Origin: Octopus vulgaris
Lineage: Eukaryota
DNA: 64,000 nucleotides
Direction of reading: 5' to 3'
Assembly: GCA_951406725.2 (NCBI GenBank)
Contig: OX597831.1
Coordinates: 34,410,001-34,474,000, forward strand
The translations under genes were made by a program, and so were the position numbers. A model generated the notes under the pieces. It was given only the letters and a program-made list of their open reading frames with translations. It had not been told where the DNA came from and made no database searches. Shown here in pieces: positions 11,805-26,669 of the stretch. The stretch's first letter is position 1; the number at the start of each line of letters is the position of its first letter.

Positions 11805-11858
<54 letters not shown>
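11629..11858. repeat. (AAT)n microsatellite with GAC/AGT interruptions
   Basis: Directly visible; source of the poly-I/N/Y/L ORFs. Confidence 0.98.
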
Positions 11859-11860
<2 letters not shown>

Positions 11861-12440
11861 GTACTTTCAAATCTTATTAGAGTCATTAAATCTCTTTTGA
11901 AATTGGCTCAAAGTATTTTCTTTAAAAACTTGCAAAATTCTTTATAATTATTATGGTTTGCGTTTGAAGTTTAAAACTCATCTTATCAGCTTCATCTTTC
12001 ATATTTCAAAAGATGTGAAATCATGTTTGTAAAGTTGAGTTTTCCACGAAGCAAATTCCATTTCAAAGAATTTACCTGTTGTTGTTTCTATTATTGCCAT
12101 CTAATACAGTTTCCATTTAATGTATCTTTATCCGTTTAAAATGCTTACCATTGAAAACATTCCTTGCCTTCAAGAAAGATTACAGCATTTTTATTATTAT
12201 TTTATTTTCATTCGTAAAATCTTGGTAACAATTGTCTGAACCTAAGAAGAATCGATCCTTTGCTTAACCACTTCCCTTCATAATTAAAAAGTAAAAGCAT
12301 TACGATGTGCTCGAGCTTCTTCTGTGTAGTGCTTTTGATCTAACTGGATTTATAATTTCATTATTTACTGACATAGCTTCATTAATGTTTAGCATATTAC
12401 TACATAAAGCTTAATACAGTTCTATATTTAAGAGATGAGG

Positions 12441-12650
12441 AATTATGCACATTATTTACTTTATTTTCATTTGACGGATAATTGTCCTCATCTTGTTTGT
12501 TATTAACACAACTTTTCGGCTGATATACCCTCCAGCGTTTCTCAAGTATCTTGGGGTAATTTCGAACCTGGGTTCCGAAACGTTGTGTTGACAACTAACA
12601 AGATGAGGTCATATATCCGTCAAATGTAAATAATGTAAATAATGCACATA
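12441..12650. mobile_element. PLE-type inverted terminal remnant
   Basis: Arms of about 78 bp (atttgacggataattgtcctcatcttgtt...acacaac / gttgtgttgac...aacaagatgaggtcatatatccgtcaaat) with ccgaaacgttg and a ggctg...cagc stem. Confidence 0.65.
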
Positions 12651-12903
12651 AAGCTTGTTTGTGTATTATTAAGCAATAAAATTCGAAACACTCTTTATAT
12701 TTTCTACAATAAACAATAAAGTTATTCTGAACCCTAATCTTACCTCATCTACCATCTGTTGTAAAAGACCCGAATTTTGCTTTTTATTTTACCATTGATC
12801 AATTATCCGATTTACGAAGCTTCTAAAATCATATGTATATAAGTATATTGTCTCCAATCCCCCTTTTTTCATGGGATTAATGGTGAGTAAATTTTCCCAA
12901 ATA

Positions 12904-13500
12904 GGCGGCGAGCTGGCAGAAACGTTAGCACGCCGGGCGAAATGCGTAGCCGTATTTCGTCTGCCGTTACGTTCTGAGTTCAAATTCCGCCGATGTCGAC
13001 TTCAGCTTTCATCCTTTCGGTGTCGATTAAATAAGTACCAGTTATGCACTGGGGTCGATGTAATTGACTTAATAGCTTTGTCTGTCCTTGTTTGTCCCCT
13101 CTGTGTTTAGCCCCTTGTGGGTGATAAATAAATAGGTATTTCGTCTGCCGCTACGTTCTGAGCTCAAATTCCGCCGACGTCGACTTTGCCTTTCATCCTT
13201 TCGGGGTCGATAAAATAAGTACCAGTTACGCACTAGGGTTGATATAATTGACTTAATCCGTTTGTTTGTCCTTGTTTGTCCCCTCTGTGTGTAGCCCCTT
13301 GTGGGTGGTAAAGTAATAGGTATTTCGTCTGTCTATATGTTCTGAGTTCAAATTCCGCTGTGATCGACTTTGCCTTTCATCCCTTCGTGGTCGATTAAAT
13401 AAGTACCAGTTACGCACTGGAATTTATCTAATCGACTTCAACCCTTTGTTCTTGTTTGGTCCCTCTATGTTTAGCCCCCTGTAAGCAATAAAGAAATAAA
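12904..13500 (+). mobile_element. SINE family B (tRNA-like head + Meta-like domain), head-to-tail trimer
   Basis: Unit 1 full (ggcggcgagctggcagaaacgttagc); units 2 and 3 restart at ggtatttcgtc (about 13135 and 13319); core gcctttcatcctttcggggtcgataaaataagtaccag resembles the MetaSINE domain. Confidence 0.93.
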
Positions 13501-14162
13501 CAGTAGAATAACGAACAAAAATCAACGAGAAAATATTCATAATTGTAACGTAATATGTGTCATGTGATTCATTAACTTATTTGATAAAATACCGAACACA
13601 TTCTTTTTTAATGTAGTTTGAAGGATCATCGGTTAAGTACATTAGTTGCCATGTTTTCAACTCATCGTGTCATTACTTTGTCTTGATAACTGCATGTATT
13701 TGAAGGCACCAATAATTCCTCACTTGTTTTAATATTATTTTCAAAGAGAATCGATATTTACGTTGCTAGTTCTTTAACTATCTAACCAGCTGTAATATTT
13801 TTAATATTGCTGTAGCGCAATATACGAGAATTAAACTTAATGAAACTACTATTGCCTGTGTAAATTTTATTACAAACTGTCTTGAAAATAAATTGCTTAG
13901 ATAAAAGATTTTAACCGTTTAACTTCGGCTGTTTAATCAAGGATTTGAGAAGAAAATTTCGATCGAAATTTTGATGTAATGATTGAAAATGACGTTTAAA
14001 AATGACTCCGGTTAAATAATGAATTTCTTTTAACATAAATGGATTTATAATTTACCGTTTTACTTCATACAGAAAATGTCATTGAATATTGCCTCACATT
14101 GATAAGGAAAGCGATGCACGACAAATCAACGCGGTTTCTCTTATTTATCTACTATTATTACA

Positions 14163-14450
14163 CACAGCGGTTAGGGTGTTGCACTCACGATTGTAAGAGC
14201 GTGGTTTCGATTCCCGGAATGGGCTTTGCATTGAGTTCTTGGGCAAAACACTTCATTTCACGTTGCTCCACTCCATTCAGCTGTAAATGGGTAACCCTGC
14301 AACTGACAGGCGCTCCGTTTAAGGGAGAGGGTTACCTGTCCATCTAGCCAGCGGGGTGGTATCATATGAAAACTACAGCTCTGCGACGAAGCGCATTGTA
14401 AATTTCGGCGTAATTGATAACGCCCGATATTTTGATCCGCACAGCAATAC
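14163..14450 (+). mobile_element. Older tRNA-headed CORE-type SINE
   Basis: cagcggttagg A-box, ggtttcgattccc B-box, CORE-like ttcttgggcaaaacacttcattt...cagctgtaaatgggta. Confidence 0.7.
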
Positions 14451-14515
14451 ACTGATAAAACTCATAAAAGATCTTTTTGTATTTATCTACAAATATATTT
14501 AAGTATTTCTGTCTA

Positions 14516-14554
<39 letters not shown>

Positions 14555-14774
14555 TGCACACCTGCTATTGCTTATCAAAAGTAATTAGCTGTTATAATGC
14601 TTTGCTTATGTCTGAATTTCATGAAATCATTGACAGGTTGTCTACTTGAGCTATGACACTTTCACTATGGCTGTTTCATGGAAGTCGTTTAATTGGCTGA
14701 ACACCGGGTAGAAATGTACATCAGTTTAAGTTTAATTGTTAGTATAGACATTTAGTGTATATATATTCTTTAAT

Positions 14775-15153
14775 TCTTTTCTTTTATTTGTTTCGGCAAT
14801 TTGACTGCGGCCATGCTGGGGCACCGCCTTTAGTCGAGAAAATCGACCCCAGGACTTATTCTTTGTAAACCTAGTACTTATTTTATTGGACTCTTTTTTA
14901 GAACCGCTAAGTTACGAGGACATAAACACACCAGCATCCGTTGTCAAGCGATGGTGCTGGGGACAAACAAACATACAAATATATATATATATAAGACAGG
15001 CTTCTTTCAGTTTCCGTCTACTAAATCCACTCACAAGTCTTTGGTCGGCCCGAGGCTATAGTAGAAGGCACTTGCCCAAGGAGCTACACAGTGAGACTGA
15101 ACCGACACCATGTGGTTGATAAGCAAGCTACTTATCACACAGCTACTCCGGCG

Positions 15154-15155
<2 letters not shown>
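14775..15155 (-). mobile_element. SINE family A, full length
   Basis: Reverse complement of family A from tail (ttgactgcggccatgctgg) to head (cacacagctactcc). Confidence 0.92.
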
Positions 15156-15195
<40 letters not shown>

Positions 15196-15496
15196 TAATC
15201 CATGCATAAACGGCATGAGAAACCGAACATGCCTTTAGTCAGATGTGTTTGCTATTGTCCAATGGACAGAAAAAACAATATGCTTTTAAATGAAGTTTGA
15301 TTTGATCCACTTTGGGAAAGAGGAAGCTCTGAAATAACCATATGGTCTTCCCTCGGGGGACTCCCTAGTGTCATATGCATAATATATATATATATATGCA
15401 TGATATATATATATATATATAGATATATAGATATCGATATATATGCATTATATATATATGTATAATGCATACACACATATATATATGTATGAATGC

Positions 15497-15561
<65 letters not shown>

Positions 15562-16479
15562 CACACACACATATACGCGTGTGTGAAAGAGAGCATGTGT
15601 GTGCGCAATTGTGTTTGTATCATGTTACGTGTGCGTGCACCTAAATCCGTACCAGTGTGTACGTGCTATACAAACCATTATGAATGATAGATTCACTCGC
15701 CCTGGTTAATGGAAGTTTAAAACATTCGCACGCGTATTTTATGCGTGTTCATGTAGAACAACTATGCTGTGATTTTACAATACCGTAGCATTCATTTTGA
15801 TATTCTATATAAACGCAGCGTGCAGACATCTGACAAAAAACTGCGTTACACACAGGGTACCAACTGAAGATGCATATGCAGTTTACTGTAGATCGTAGTG
15901 ATAGATCAGCTTGAAAAAAAAACTTTTGTTAATAGTATGACAGTTTTTTCTGGAACTCTGAAACAAAACATTCTATTCTAGACAATTTTTATGCATATAT
16001 TATATTCATGAACATATATATACCTATACACTGCTTTTCTCTAAACTGCAAATGGAAATGGTGATCTATTGATATTATTAGTAAAAATCACAAAGATAGG
16101 AAGTAACATGCTGTGTTCATCTCAAAGATATTTCCATCAATTAAATATCCTTGTCAAACATAGGAACACATGCAAAGTGAGTCGCGCGCACAGGATTATA
16201 TATATATATATATGCAGAAGCATCTACAAACATACAAACATGCAGATACAAGCACATTTATATACAGTATATATTTGAATGGCCTGCAATTGTATTCTGA
16301 AAGAAAGTGTGCATGTGTATTACAAAAACTATGGAAAGACTTTTCAAAAAATTACCGAAACAACTACAGAGTGAGGCAGTAAATTTTTACTTAGTTTTAT
16401 AAAAATGCATGTTTTATAAGGCGATTGATTCAGAATATTCAATATGTATATATTTCTTGTTACTTAAGTGTGATCCTCT

Positions 16480-18560
<2,081 letters not shown>

Positions 18561-18944
18561 ATGTAAGCGTGTGCTTGTGATTTCTCTTTCGTTGCTTTTG
18601 TTTGCATGTGAATATACCCACATGTATGTATGTATGTACGTATTTCTTGCGTGTATATAGCTAGAGAATTATAATCGATACTATAACGATAGCTGACAGA
18701 TATAAGGTAGGTGAGTGTGTAATTTTCATATATCATATAACCAACATTTCTCGATGTTTTAATATATTCCTTCCATTACATAATTTTAGCAATTGTGTGG
18801 ACATGTTGAGTTGAAAGTTATTAGATTTTTTTATTTAACAGTAAAGTTTCCAGCTTTTTATTTTAGTTACTAAAATTATTCTGACTAGCATGTCAGCCTG
18901 ATCTGGGTTATATATTATCATTACTTTTACTTTTTTATCTTACA

Positions 18945-19119
18945 CATGTTTTGAGTTATCGGGTTACGGCTATGCTGGTGCACCACCTTGAAGGATACTG
19001 TTGAACATATGAACCTAGTACTTATTAATTTATTATTTTTTTTTTACAATATCTGATACATATACTATCGGGCTGAACCGCTAACACGAACCAACACAAG
19101 TTGTCAAACAGTGGGGCAT

Positions 19120-19120
<1 letters not shown>
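18945..19120 (-). mobile_element. SINE family A, degraded 3' fragment
   Basis: ggctatgctggtgcaccaccttg...ctagtacttatt...gaaccgctaa. Confidence 0.6.
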
Positions 19121-19180
<60 letters not shown>

Positions 19181-19367
19181 TACATACAAACACTTACACA
19201 CACGGATACATACATATGTAATTACATAGAATACACGAGAATACATCGGAAGATATAATGCATGAGAAATCATAAAACAAGATATACGAATCTGCACGTA
19301 AGTGTACGTACGTACATACATACATACATACATACATACATACATACATACATACATACATACATAC

Positions 19368-19671
19368 AAACAAACTTCCAGCTTCTGTATCTAGGCTATG
19401 AATTCATATTCATACCAATAATAACTGGAACGCTAGGTTTTGTTAGTAAATGCTTAAAGGAGAATCTGAATAAACTGGCATTTTCCGAAAGAGAAATCGA
19501 TTGGCTGACTCGTATATTACAAGTGCAATCTATGAGTGGAACAGTAAAAATATGCAAGACTTTGCTCAAGTTCCAAATGTGAATATGTCCCAAAGATGGA
19601 GCTTTTTATCTTAGTTGGAAACTGGCTCCCTCCTTAGTGGAAGATTTATCATAATTAAAAAAATAGAAGAG
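19368..19671 (+). mobile_element. 5'-truncated R4/Dong-like LINE (endonuclease C-terminus + 3' UTR) inside (ACAT)n
   Basis: NFQLLYLGYEFIFIPIITGTLGFVSKCL...GTVKICKTLLKF; same family as 29821-30865; ends aatagaagag|acatacatac. Confidence 0.85.
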
Positions 19672-19687
19672 ACATACATACATATAC

Positions 19688-19737
<50 letters not shown>

Positions 19738-19739
<2 letters not shown>

Positions 19740-20042
19740 CCAGGCTATGAATTCATATTCATACCAATAATAAGTGGAGCACTAGGTTTTGTTAGTAAGT
19801 GCTTAAAGGAGAAACTGGATAAAGTAAGATTTGATTTTCAGAAAAAGAAATCGATCGCCTCCTAATTCGTACATTTCGGGTGCAATCTGTGAGTGGAACA
19901 ATAAAAATAAGCGAGACTTTTCTCAAGTTCCAAATGTGAATTTGTCTCTGTTAACTACATCCCAAAGATTGACCCTTCTACCTTTGTTGGAAACTGGCTC
20001 CCTCCTCAGTGGAAGATTTATAATAATCAAAAAATAGAAGAA
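19738..20042 (+). mobile_element. Second 5'-truncated copy of the same R4-like family
   Basis: ggctatgaattcatattcataccaataata...gttccaaatgtgaat...gttggaaactggctccctcc...aatagaag. Confidence 0.85.
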
Positions 20043-20056
20043 GCATACACATGTAC

Positions 20057-20165
20057 AACGATACCCTGTTTATGTTGAAATTCCAATGAAGGAGCCTTGG
20101 ATCTAGGTTAGAAACCGGTTCTTTCTCTATTGGCAAGAAATCTTGAAATAAAACTGAATAATGAC
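20057..20165 (+). mobile_element. 3' UTR fragment of a related R4-like family
   Basis: ggagccttggatctaggttagaaaccggttc parallels ggagccttgtatctttgttggaaaccggctc of the 29821 copy. Confidence 0.55.
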
Positions 20166-20517
20166 GTACACGACGTACTTCCACAGTTTCCGTGTACCAA
20201 ATTTACACAAAAGGCATTGGTCAACCAAGGGCTATAATGGACACTTGCCTAAGGTCTCGTGAAAGGAAAGAGCCTTAATAAACGAAGTATATGTGTATGT
20301 ATGTTTTTTATATGTGCGAATCTGAGTATATGTGCATATTATTTAGCATTTGTCTTTCTCTCCCGTTTCTCTCTGTCCACTTCTCTTTTTCTCTATATGT
20401 ATGTATATGTGCGTGTGTGAATGAGTGTGTCGGTGTGTGTCTCTATGTATGTATGTGTTGCACTTACAGAGATAGTGTTAGAAAGATATAATCGATAGAT
20501 AAACTCATGGATCGATG

Positions 20518-20561
<44 letters not shown>

Positions 20562-21366
20562 CATACATACATACATACATACATACATACATACATACAT
20601 ACATACATACATACATACATACATAGAGAGGAGTAGTTAAACAGAGACTGAGAGGGGGCGATAAATAGATAGGTAGGTATGTAGGGAGATTCGTAGATGC
20701 CTAGATGGGGGTATGGATAGATAGATGGATGTACAGTTGGATAAAAAACAGATAGATAAAATTTTAATGAGATAAATGTAAAGATCCATTGTTTGACAGA
20801 AGCTACATATATATTAATGATCGAATGAATAGGAACTGTGATAGATCGATACGTCAAGATAAAAAAGAGAATCACCTTCCAGGTATATAGCTATAACGAT
20901 TGATAGAGACGTGTGTATATAGCCATCCATAAAACAACTCATCTCTCTATCAATCTACCCAGCCCTATTGAGTGCGTGTTTGTGTGTGTGTGTCGTTATG
21001 TATATGTGTTTAAGTAAATATGTGTGTGTTTAGATGTGTACGTATGCATGCATGTATGTAAGTATAATTGTACATAGCTCTTGAGTCACTCCGTCGTTAC
21101 ACAGAATTTCACGCTGCGTGCGATCCTTCAGGCGACAAAACACATTAATATACTCTCTATATTGAGTGCTTTTCTGGGAAACATGTACACACACACACAC
21201 ACACACACTCATATATACGTACATCTAAACATGTGTGTATGTGTATAAAAACACATACACATACATGCATATATACATGCATACACATACACATACATGC
21301 ATATATACATGCGTACACATACACATACATGCATATATACATGCATACATACATAAACACACACAT

Positions 21367-22050
21367 ATATTAAATAAAATGAGACAACAAAGCCAAGGCT
21401 GTGTGGAATTCTCAGGACATTTATAAAGAGGAAGGTAGTCTTACAGCTGTTTCTGGGATATTAAGGATATCTATTCATCAGGGATATTGTGAGACTGTTA
21501 AATAGAGGGAAATATTAGAGTTCAATATGAGGAGTTATTTTGAAGAATGGGGCAAATAAGGAGTATATAGGGAAATAGGAGAATGAATGTGGAATGTAGA
21601 AATAAAAGTAATAATATGTAAAGATGTTATATTTGCAGTTCCATTATCCAAGTAATGTGATGAGTAGAAGTGGTAGAAATGCTTTTTGTCCGTGGTATGT
21701 AAATTCCAATAGGAGTTCATATTTTGTCATTACAAATGGAAAGTGCTGAGAGGTAGATTCCATGTGCTGTTTATTCAAAGGGGTCTTGCGGTGTGAATGA
21801 AAATTTGAGAATGTATTAGTAGTATTAAGTGGATAGCTGTAAGACTAACTTTCTCTTTATAAATGTCCTGAAAATTCCACACAGCCTTGGTTTTGTTGTC
21901 TCATTTTATTTAACATATACCTGTTCATACAAGGCCCGCATTAGACTACTCACTCGTGTTATTATTACCGAGAGTTTAATTACGATCCTCCCATAGCACT
22001 TACATAGCTTTACCTGCCAGGTTGAGTCTCCTGGATACCAATACCTCTCA
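21367..22050. mobile_element. PLE terminal-repeat remnant with about 80-bp inverted repeats and minus-strand hammerhead core
   Basis: 21367-21450 inverted to 21835-21912; minus strand CTGATGA...gatat...atatc..GAAAcagctgTAagac at about 21438-21482. Confidence 0.7.
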
Positions 22051-22099
22051 TCTATCTATTTATCTATCTATCTATCGCCATGATAGATCGCTAGCCACT

Positions 22100-22266
22100 A
22101 CACATTCTTTATTTTCTCCCCTTGTTTCTTTCTGTGTTCTTTTCTGTGGAAGAGCGTAGGCTCGAAACGTTACAGACTTTTTCACTTCCCGAGCGTTATA
22201 CTAATACATCTGTTTGTTGTTTACACCACCTGTCTTTGTCTTTTGTTTTTTTCTGTGAATTCTCCC

Positions 22267-22268
<2 letters not shown>
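22100..22268 (+). mobile_element. PLE-type terminal remnant (gaagagc...gctcgaaacgt family)
   Basis: ctgtggaagagcgtaggctcgaaacgtta...ttcccgagcgtta; inverted homologue at 32290-32372. Confidence 0.55.
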
Positions 22269-22324
<56 letters not shown>

Positions 22325-22639
22325 GTCTGTCTGTCTGTATGTATGTATGTATGTATGTATGTCTGTATGTATGTATGTGTTGTATGTATACTGGCAATAC
22401 TAACAAGTTAAATATTTAGTTGCTTTTTTATATCCATCTATGCCTTATTTCTGTAGTTTGTTCAATCAACGCAACATTACAATAAATGTAAACAATACAC
22501 CCATATTCACAATACTTTCCTAATAAAAAATAAACAGAAAGTAACCTAAATACCATGTTTCGATGCTGTATTAGGATTTCTTCATCCAATGTAAAAGAAA
22601 CGAGACCTTGTCATCCTTGCAACGGGAAAACATTTGTCG

Positions 22640-22875
22640 CTATGTATTTGAGTATTTTACTCACAGAAGTGATTTCACATTTAGCCAGATTATGCTTTCT
22701 GAAAAGTGGGAAGGAATGCATCATTAGAGGACTTTACAGAAACGATGTATTTGCTTTATTCCATAGCATGAATATACATTGCATAGATAAACCTTGAAAT
22801 AGAGTGATTAATATTTTTAAAATGTGTTATTTAAAAATGTCAATAAATACAAATCTTGAAATGATAAATGTATTA
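22640..22875 (+). mobile_element. Degraded PLE reverse transcriptase fragment
   Basis: GLYRNDVFAL...VINIFKMCYLKMSINTNLEMINVL aligns by eye with the RT end at 40320-40470 (YRDD-type motif, ITIDTNL). Confidence 0.6.
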
Positions 22876-22924
22876 TTCTTGTATTCAGTTATTAGTTTCA
22901 GTCATTTGACTGCGTCCATGATGG

Positions 22925-23235
22925 AGGTTCGCCTCAGAGAGGTAACCAAGGCAAAGCAAATTTCGGTGACCCCGTTGAAAATAGAAAGTGTGGTGCTTCT
23001 ACCCACGTACCTTGGAAGGAGGGTTTTCAGGGTGAGAGCAAAAGGAAATTCATCTGAAATTGAAGTGGCCTGGGTAGCGACTGTTCTAATAGGCAATGAG
23101 AAAGAAATAGCAGTCCTCCAGGCCACTAAGATAGAAGCAATAAACTAGAAGGGACAGACGTTGGAGTTAATTATTGAAGGATCAGTAGAAATTGCGAGGA
23201 TAATCTGGTTCTTGACTGGAGATAGAAAACTTCGA
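22925..23235 (+). mobile_element. Second LINE ORF1 fragment, homologous to 9010-9260
   Basis: gtggtgcttctacccacgtaccttggaaggagggttttcagggt versus gtggtacttctacccatgtaccttgggaggtgtactttcagggt at 9075; abuts a SINE A tail at 22870-22925. Confidence 0.8.
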
Positions 23236-23351
23236 ATGACCCGTCCTTGTTTTCTTTGTATCGTCTATCTGGATGTTTTGTTGTCCCATTTTGTATCACC
23301 TATTTATCCGGATGTTTAGCGTTCTTGCCCCATTTTGTATTTTATATATAT

Positions 23352-23399
<48 letters not shown>

Positions 23400-24064
23400 G
23401 AATGTATATATATGTATAGATGAATATATGCACATATACATGTACATGCATACTGACATACACAATTACTTGTGTAATGTCACGTGTCTACAAGACTCCA
23501 AGTGTGTCTTAGGTTGCGCATACTTCACATCTGTAAACGATTTTAAATTATTTTCTTGGAAAAAGTATTCAAATATTTATTGAAAAGCAGTATAAATAAG
23601 AATAACATTTTGAAACACCTATGAAACGCAGACCGTGAACTAATTATTTTTTTTTATTGAACAATAATCAGTCGAAAATATATTAGCTTTGTCGAAGGAA
23701 GCCAATATCCATGTAATTCCTAATTATTTTTTTAGATTCAGAACAGGAAATATATCGGTCAATTAGCATTTTCAAAGTCGCAGATGGTCATTGGTAGGTA
23801 TGGTTTATAATAAAGCATAAAATAGGCTAATTACGTTATCCTTCGTCGTATAACAGTACTGTGTGACAGTATAAGAGTCTTAATCAATCTACATAACAGA
23901 ATTACTAAGGAAGAATTTTGAGAAATGGTAATTATGAGGGTTCTACTGAAAGTAGTGTAAAAGTAGGTATTTACTGATATAGGTCATTCAAATTGCACAT
24001 GTTGATAGAATAACTCTTTTATCCTTTTTTCTATTGTAATTTTTCTTCTTCGGTGCTGGAAAAA

Positions 24065-24425
24065 TGATGGATTTCAAGCAGAGGTAATGAGCTGTCATTG
24101 AAATCTTGACAAAGAAAGGTTGCGAGCTTTCCGACACCTGCAGAACTCCATAGGTTATTTACGGAGATGATGCCATTCACAAGATCAATAAATACAAATG
24201 GACGATGTTTAAAGAAAGGAAAGCTAGCATTGAGAAGACCACCCCAGCAGTAGGAAGTCCATAATCTGTGACACAAATCGTCTGTACGTAAACGAATCGA
24301 TTAATTCGGACAAACTAGCCACAATCCATGAGATTGCAACACAGCTGGGCTATGACAGCAATGCATTATACATTGTAGAAGACGTTGGATATTGGAAGGT
24401 GTGTACAAAATGGGTACCTCAAATC
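24065..24425 (+). mobile_element. Mariner transposase N-terminal pseudogene fragment
   Basis: Manual translation: AVIEILTKKG...VIYGDDAI...YKW..FKERKASIE and TIHEIATQLG...EDVGYWKVCTKWVPQ (mariner HTH plus WVP motif), with stops and frameshifts. Confidence 0.75.
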
Positions 24426-24487
24426 CAGTGTCAACTGGATTTGAAAAAGAGAAGTGTGGAAAGTTAACTCTGGTCTGATGGAAACGT

Positions 24488-25083
24488 TTGTTTCTGGGAT
24501 ATTTCTGAGTATGGGATATTCCGTCATCAGAGACAAATAGGGAAAAATAGGGAAAATGAGAATAGTATATATTAATGAGATGACATAGAGGAAAGAAGAA
24601 AAGGATAAGGAGAAAAAAGGGAAAAAAAGAAGTATAAAAGTTCATAGTTCAACTTTTCGAAGTTATAGAAACCAGAGCATGAGTCCTTAGGTGCAATTTT
24701 GTGAAGATCCATGAGCCTAAGTCCTTTTCTCTGGATGTCTACTATATCAGGATTTTAACCCACATAGATCTACGCAGGATTGCACCTAAGGACTCATGCT
24801 CTTGTTTCTATAACTTCGGAAATTTGAACTATGAACTTTCATGCTTCTTTTTCCGTTTTAGTTCCGTCTCCTTATTCTTTTACTCCCTTCCTCTATCTCG
24901 TCATCTCATTAATATATACCATTCTCATTTTCCCTATTTTTTCCCTTTTTGTCTCTGATGACAGAATATCTCATACTCGGGAATATCTCAGAAAGAGCTG
25001 TGAGACTTTCATTTTTTCCAATAGTAGCATTGTATACAACTTGAGATGTTTCCCTTGCCTTAATGTTTGTTGTCCTCTTTAAC

Positions 25084-25085
<2 letters not shown>
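24488..25085. mobile_element. PLE-type foldback, about 210-bp inverted arms each with a hammerhead-like core
   Basis: 24488-24697 inverted to 24779-24993; plus-strand gtctCTGATGA(24955)...GAAAgagctgtgagac. Confidence 0.75.
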
Positions 25086-25154
<69 letters not shown>

Positions 25155-25365
25155 GTTAATTCAAACAAGAAAACACAAAGAGAAAACACAACAACGCGCG
25201 GACGTGGAACATGTATAGTGTTATTGGACGCCCAGGAAAGGAAGGAAAGAAGGAGGATTTAACGTTTCGAGCGGAGCTCTTCGTCAAAGACATAAAAAGG
25301 AAAGATCCAAGGAAAAGGGAAGACGGAGGAAAAAACATCGTCAACGATACACACGCGGTCACATA
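25155..25365 (-). mobile_element. PLE-type terminal remnant
   Basis: Minus strand ttgacgaagagctccgctcgaaacgttaa, one change from a CTGACGA core. Confidence 0.55.
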
Positions 25366-25389
25366 TATATATATATATATGTATATATA

Positions 25390-25800
25390 TTCTTTTAGTC
25401 TTTGACTGACACCATGGAGGAGCACCGCCTTAAACGGTTTTAATCGAAGAAATCGACCCCATGACTTTTCTTTGTAAGTCTAGTGCTTATTCTATCGGTC
25501 TCTTTTGCCGAAGCGCTAAATTACGGGTACGTAAATACACCGACATCGGTTGTCAAGCGATGGTGGGGAGACAAACATAGACACAAGAACGCACACATAA
25601 ATATAACACACACACACACACACACATATATACATATATATATATATACAACGGGCTTCTTTCAGTTTCCGTCTCCCAAATGTAATCACGAGTCTTTGGT
25701 CGGCCCGATGTTATAATAGAAGATGCTTACCCAAGGTGCCACGCATGGGACTGAAACCGGAACAATGTAGTTTCTTATTACTACACAGCCACGCCTGCGC
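25390..25800 (-). mobile_element. SINE family A
   Basis: Tail, internal (CA)n(TA)n and head (cacagccacgcctgcgcc) all present. Confidence 0.9.
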
Positions 25801-25976
25801 CTATATATATATATGTAAGATAAACTTGCTTGGAAATGGATACGTGGCGTTCAATCATATATATAATTTATTTACATATTTATGCATATATACATACATA
25901 TTATATACACATATATATATGTATATACATATGCATATATGTGTACAGGACGTCATAAAATGTAAACAACATGAAA

Positions 25977-26076
25977 NNNNNNNNNNNNNNNNNNNNNNNN
26001 NNNNNNNNNNNNNNNNNNNNNNNNNNNNNNNNNNNNNNNNNNNNNNNNNNNNNNNNNNNNNNNNNNNNNNNNNNNN
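25977..26076. other. Assembly gap (100 N)
   Basis: Run of exactly 100 n; round size implies unknown true length. Confidence 0.99.
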
Positions 26077-26669
26077 GATAGATACATGTTTTTTAGTGAG
26101 ACATCGTAGGGTTGTGTCTAGTAATGAACTTAAATAGGCTGAGCAGTTTAGACAAAATTTAACCACACATATGTACACATAATATGTATCTGTAAATATA
26201 TTTTAGTGTGTGCACATACATGAACAGATATATATTTTCGAGCGCATGCACGCATTCTTTCACACACACATACAAGCATACACATATACGCATACACACA
26301 TATGTGTAAACAAGAGAGATCAGATTAAGCAAACACGATTTATTGCATAATACAGGTTTTACACCCGAATTGAATTTATATATACATGCAAATATACATA
26401 CATATGAGTGAGAAAGAGGGGGGGGGAATATAAACAGAAAAACAAAGTTCAAATAAAGTTCATATTTTGTGTGTCACATTGTGTTGAACATTGTTTCATC
26501 AAGATAAAGATAATTAAATGTTTAATTACATAATTGTCATAGATAATCAATTCATTTAGATTAATTTAAATTTAATTAAAAAGCTGTATTTTCCTCAAAT
26601 CATCGGGAACATTATGTGTTATAAATAAATCCAAATTAATTATGTATCACAATTAGGTAATTATACATT

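Noticed and set aside
11575-11900. Poly-Asn, poly-Ile, poly-Tyr and poly-Leu ORFs
   Set aside because: Frames of one (AAT)n microsatellite.
25736-26178. ORFs spanning X residues
   Set aside because: Artefact of the 100-N gap.
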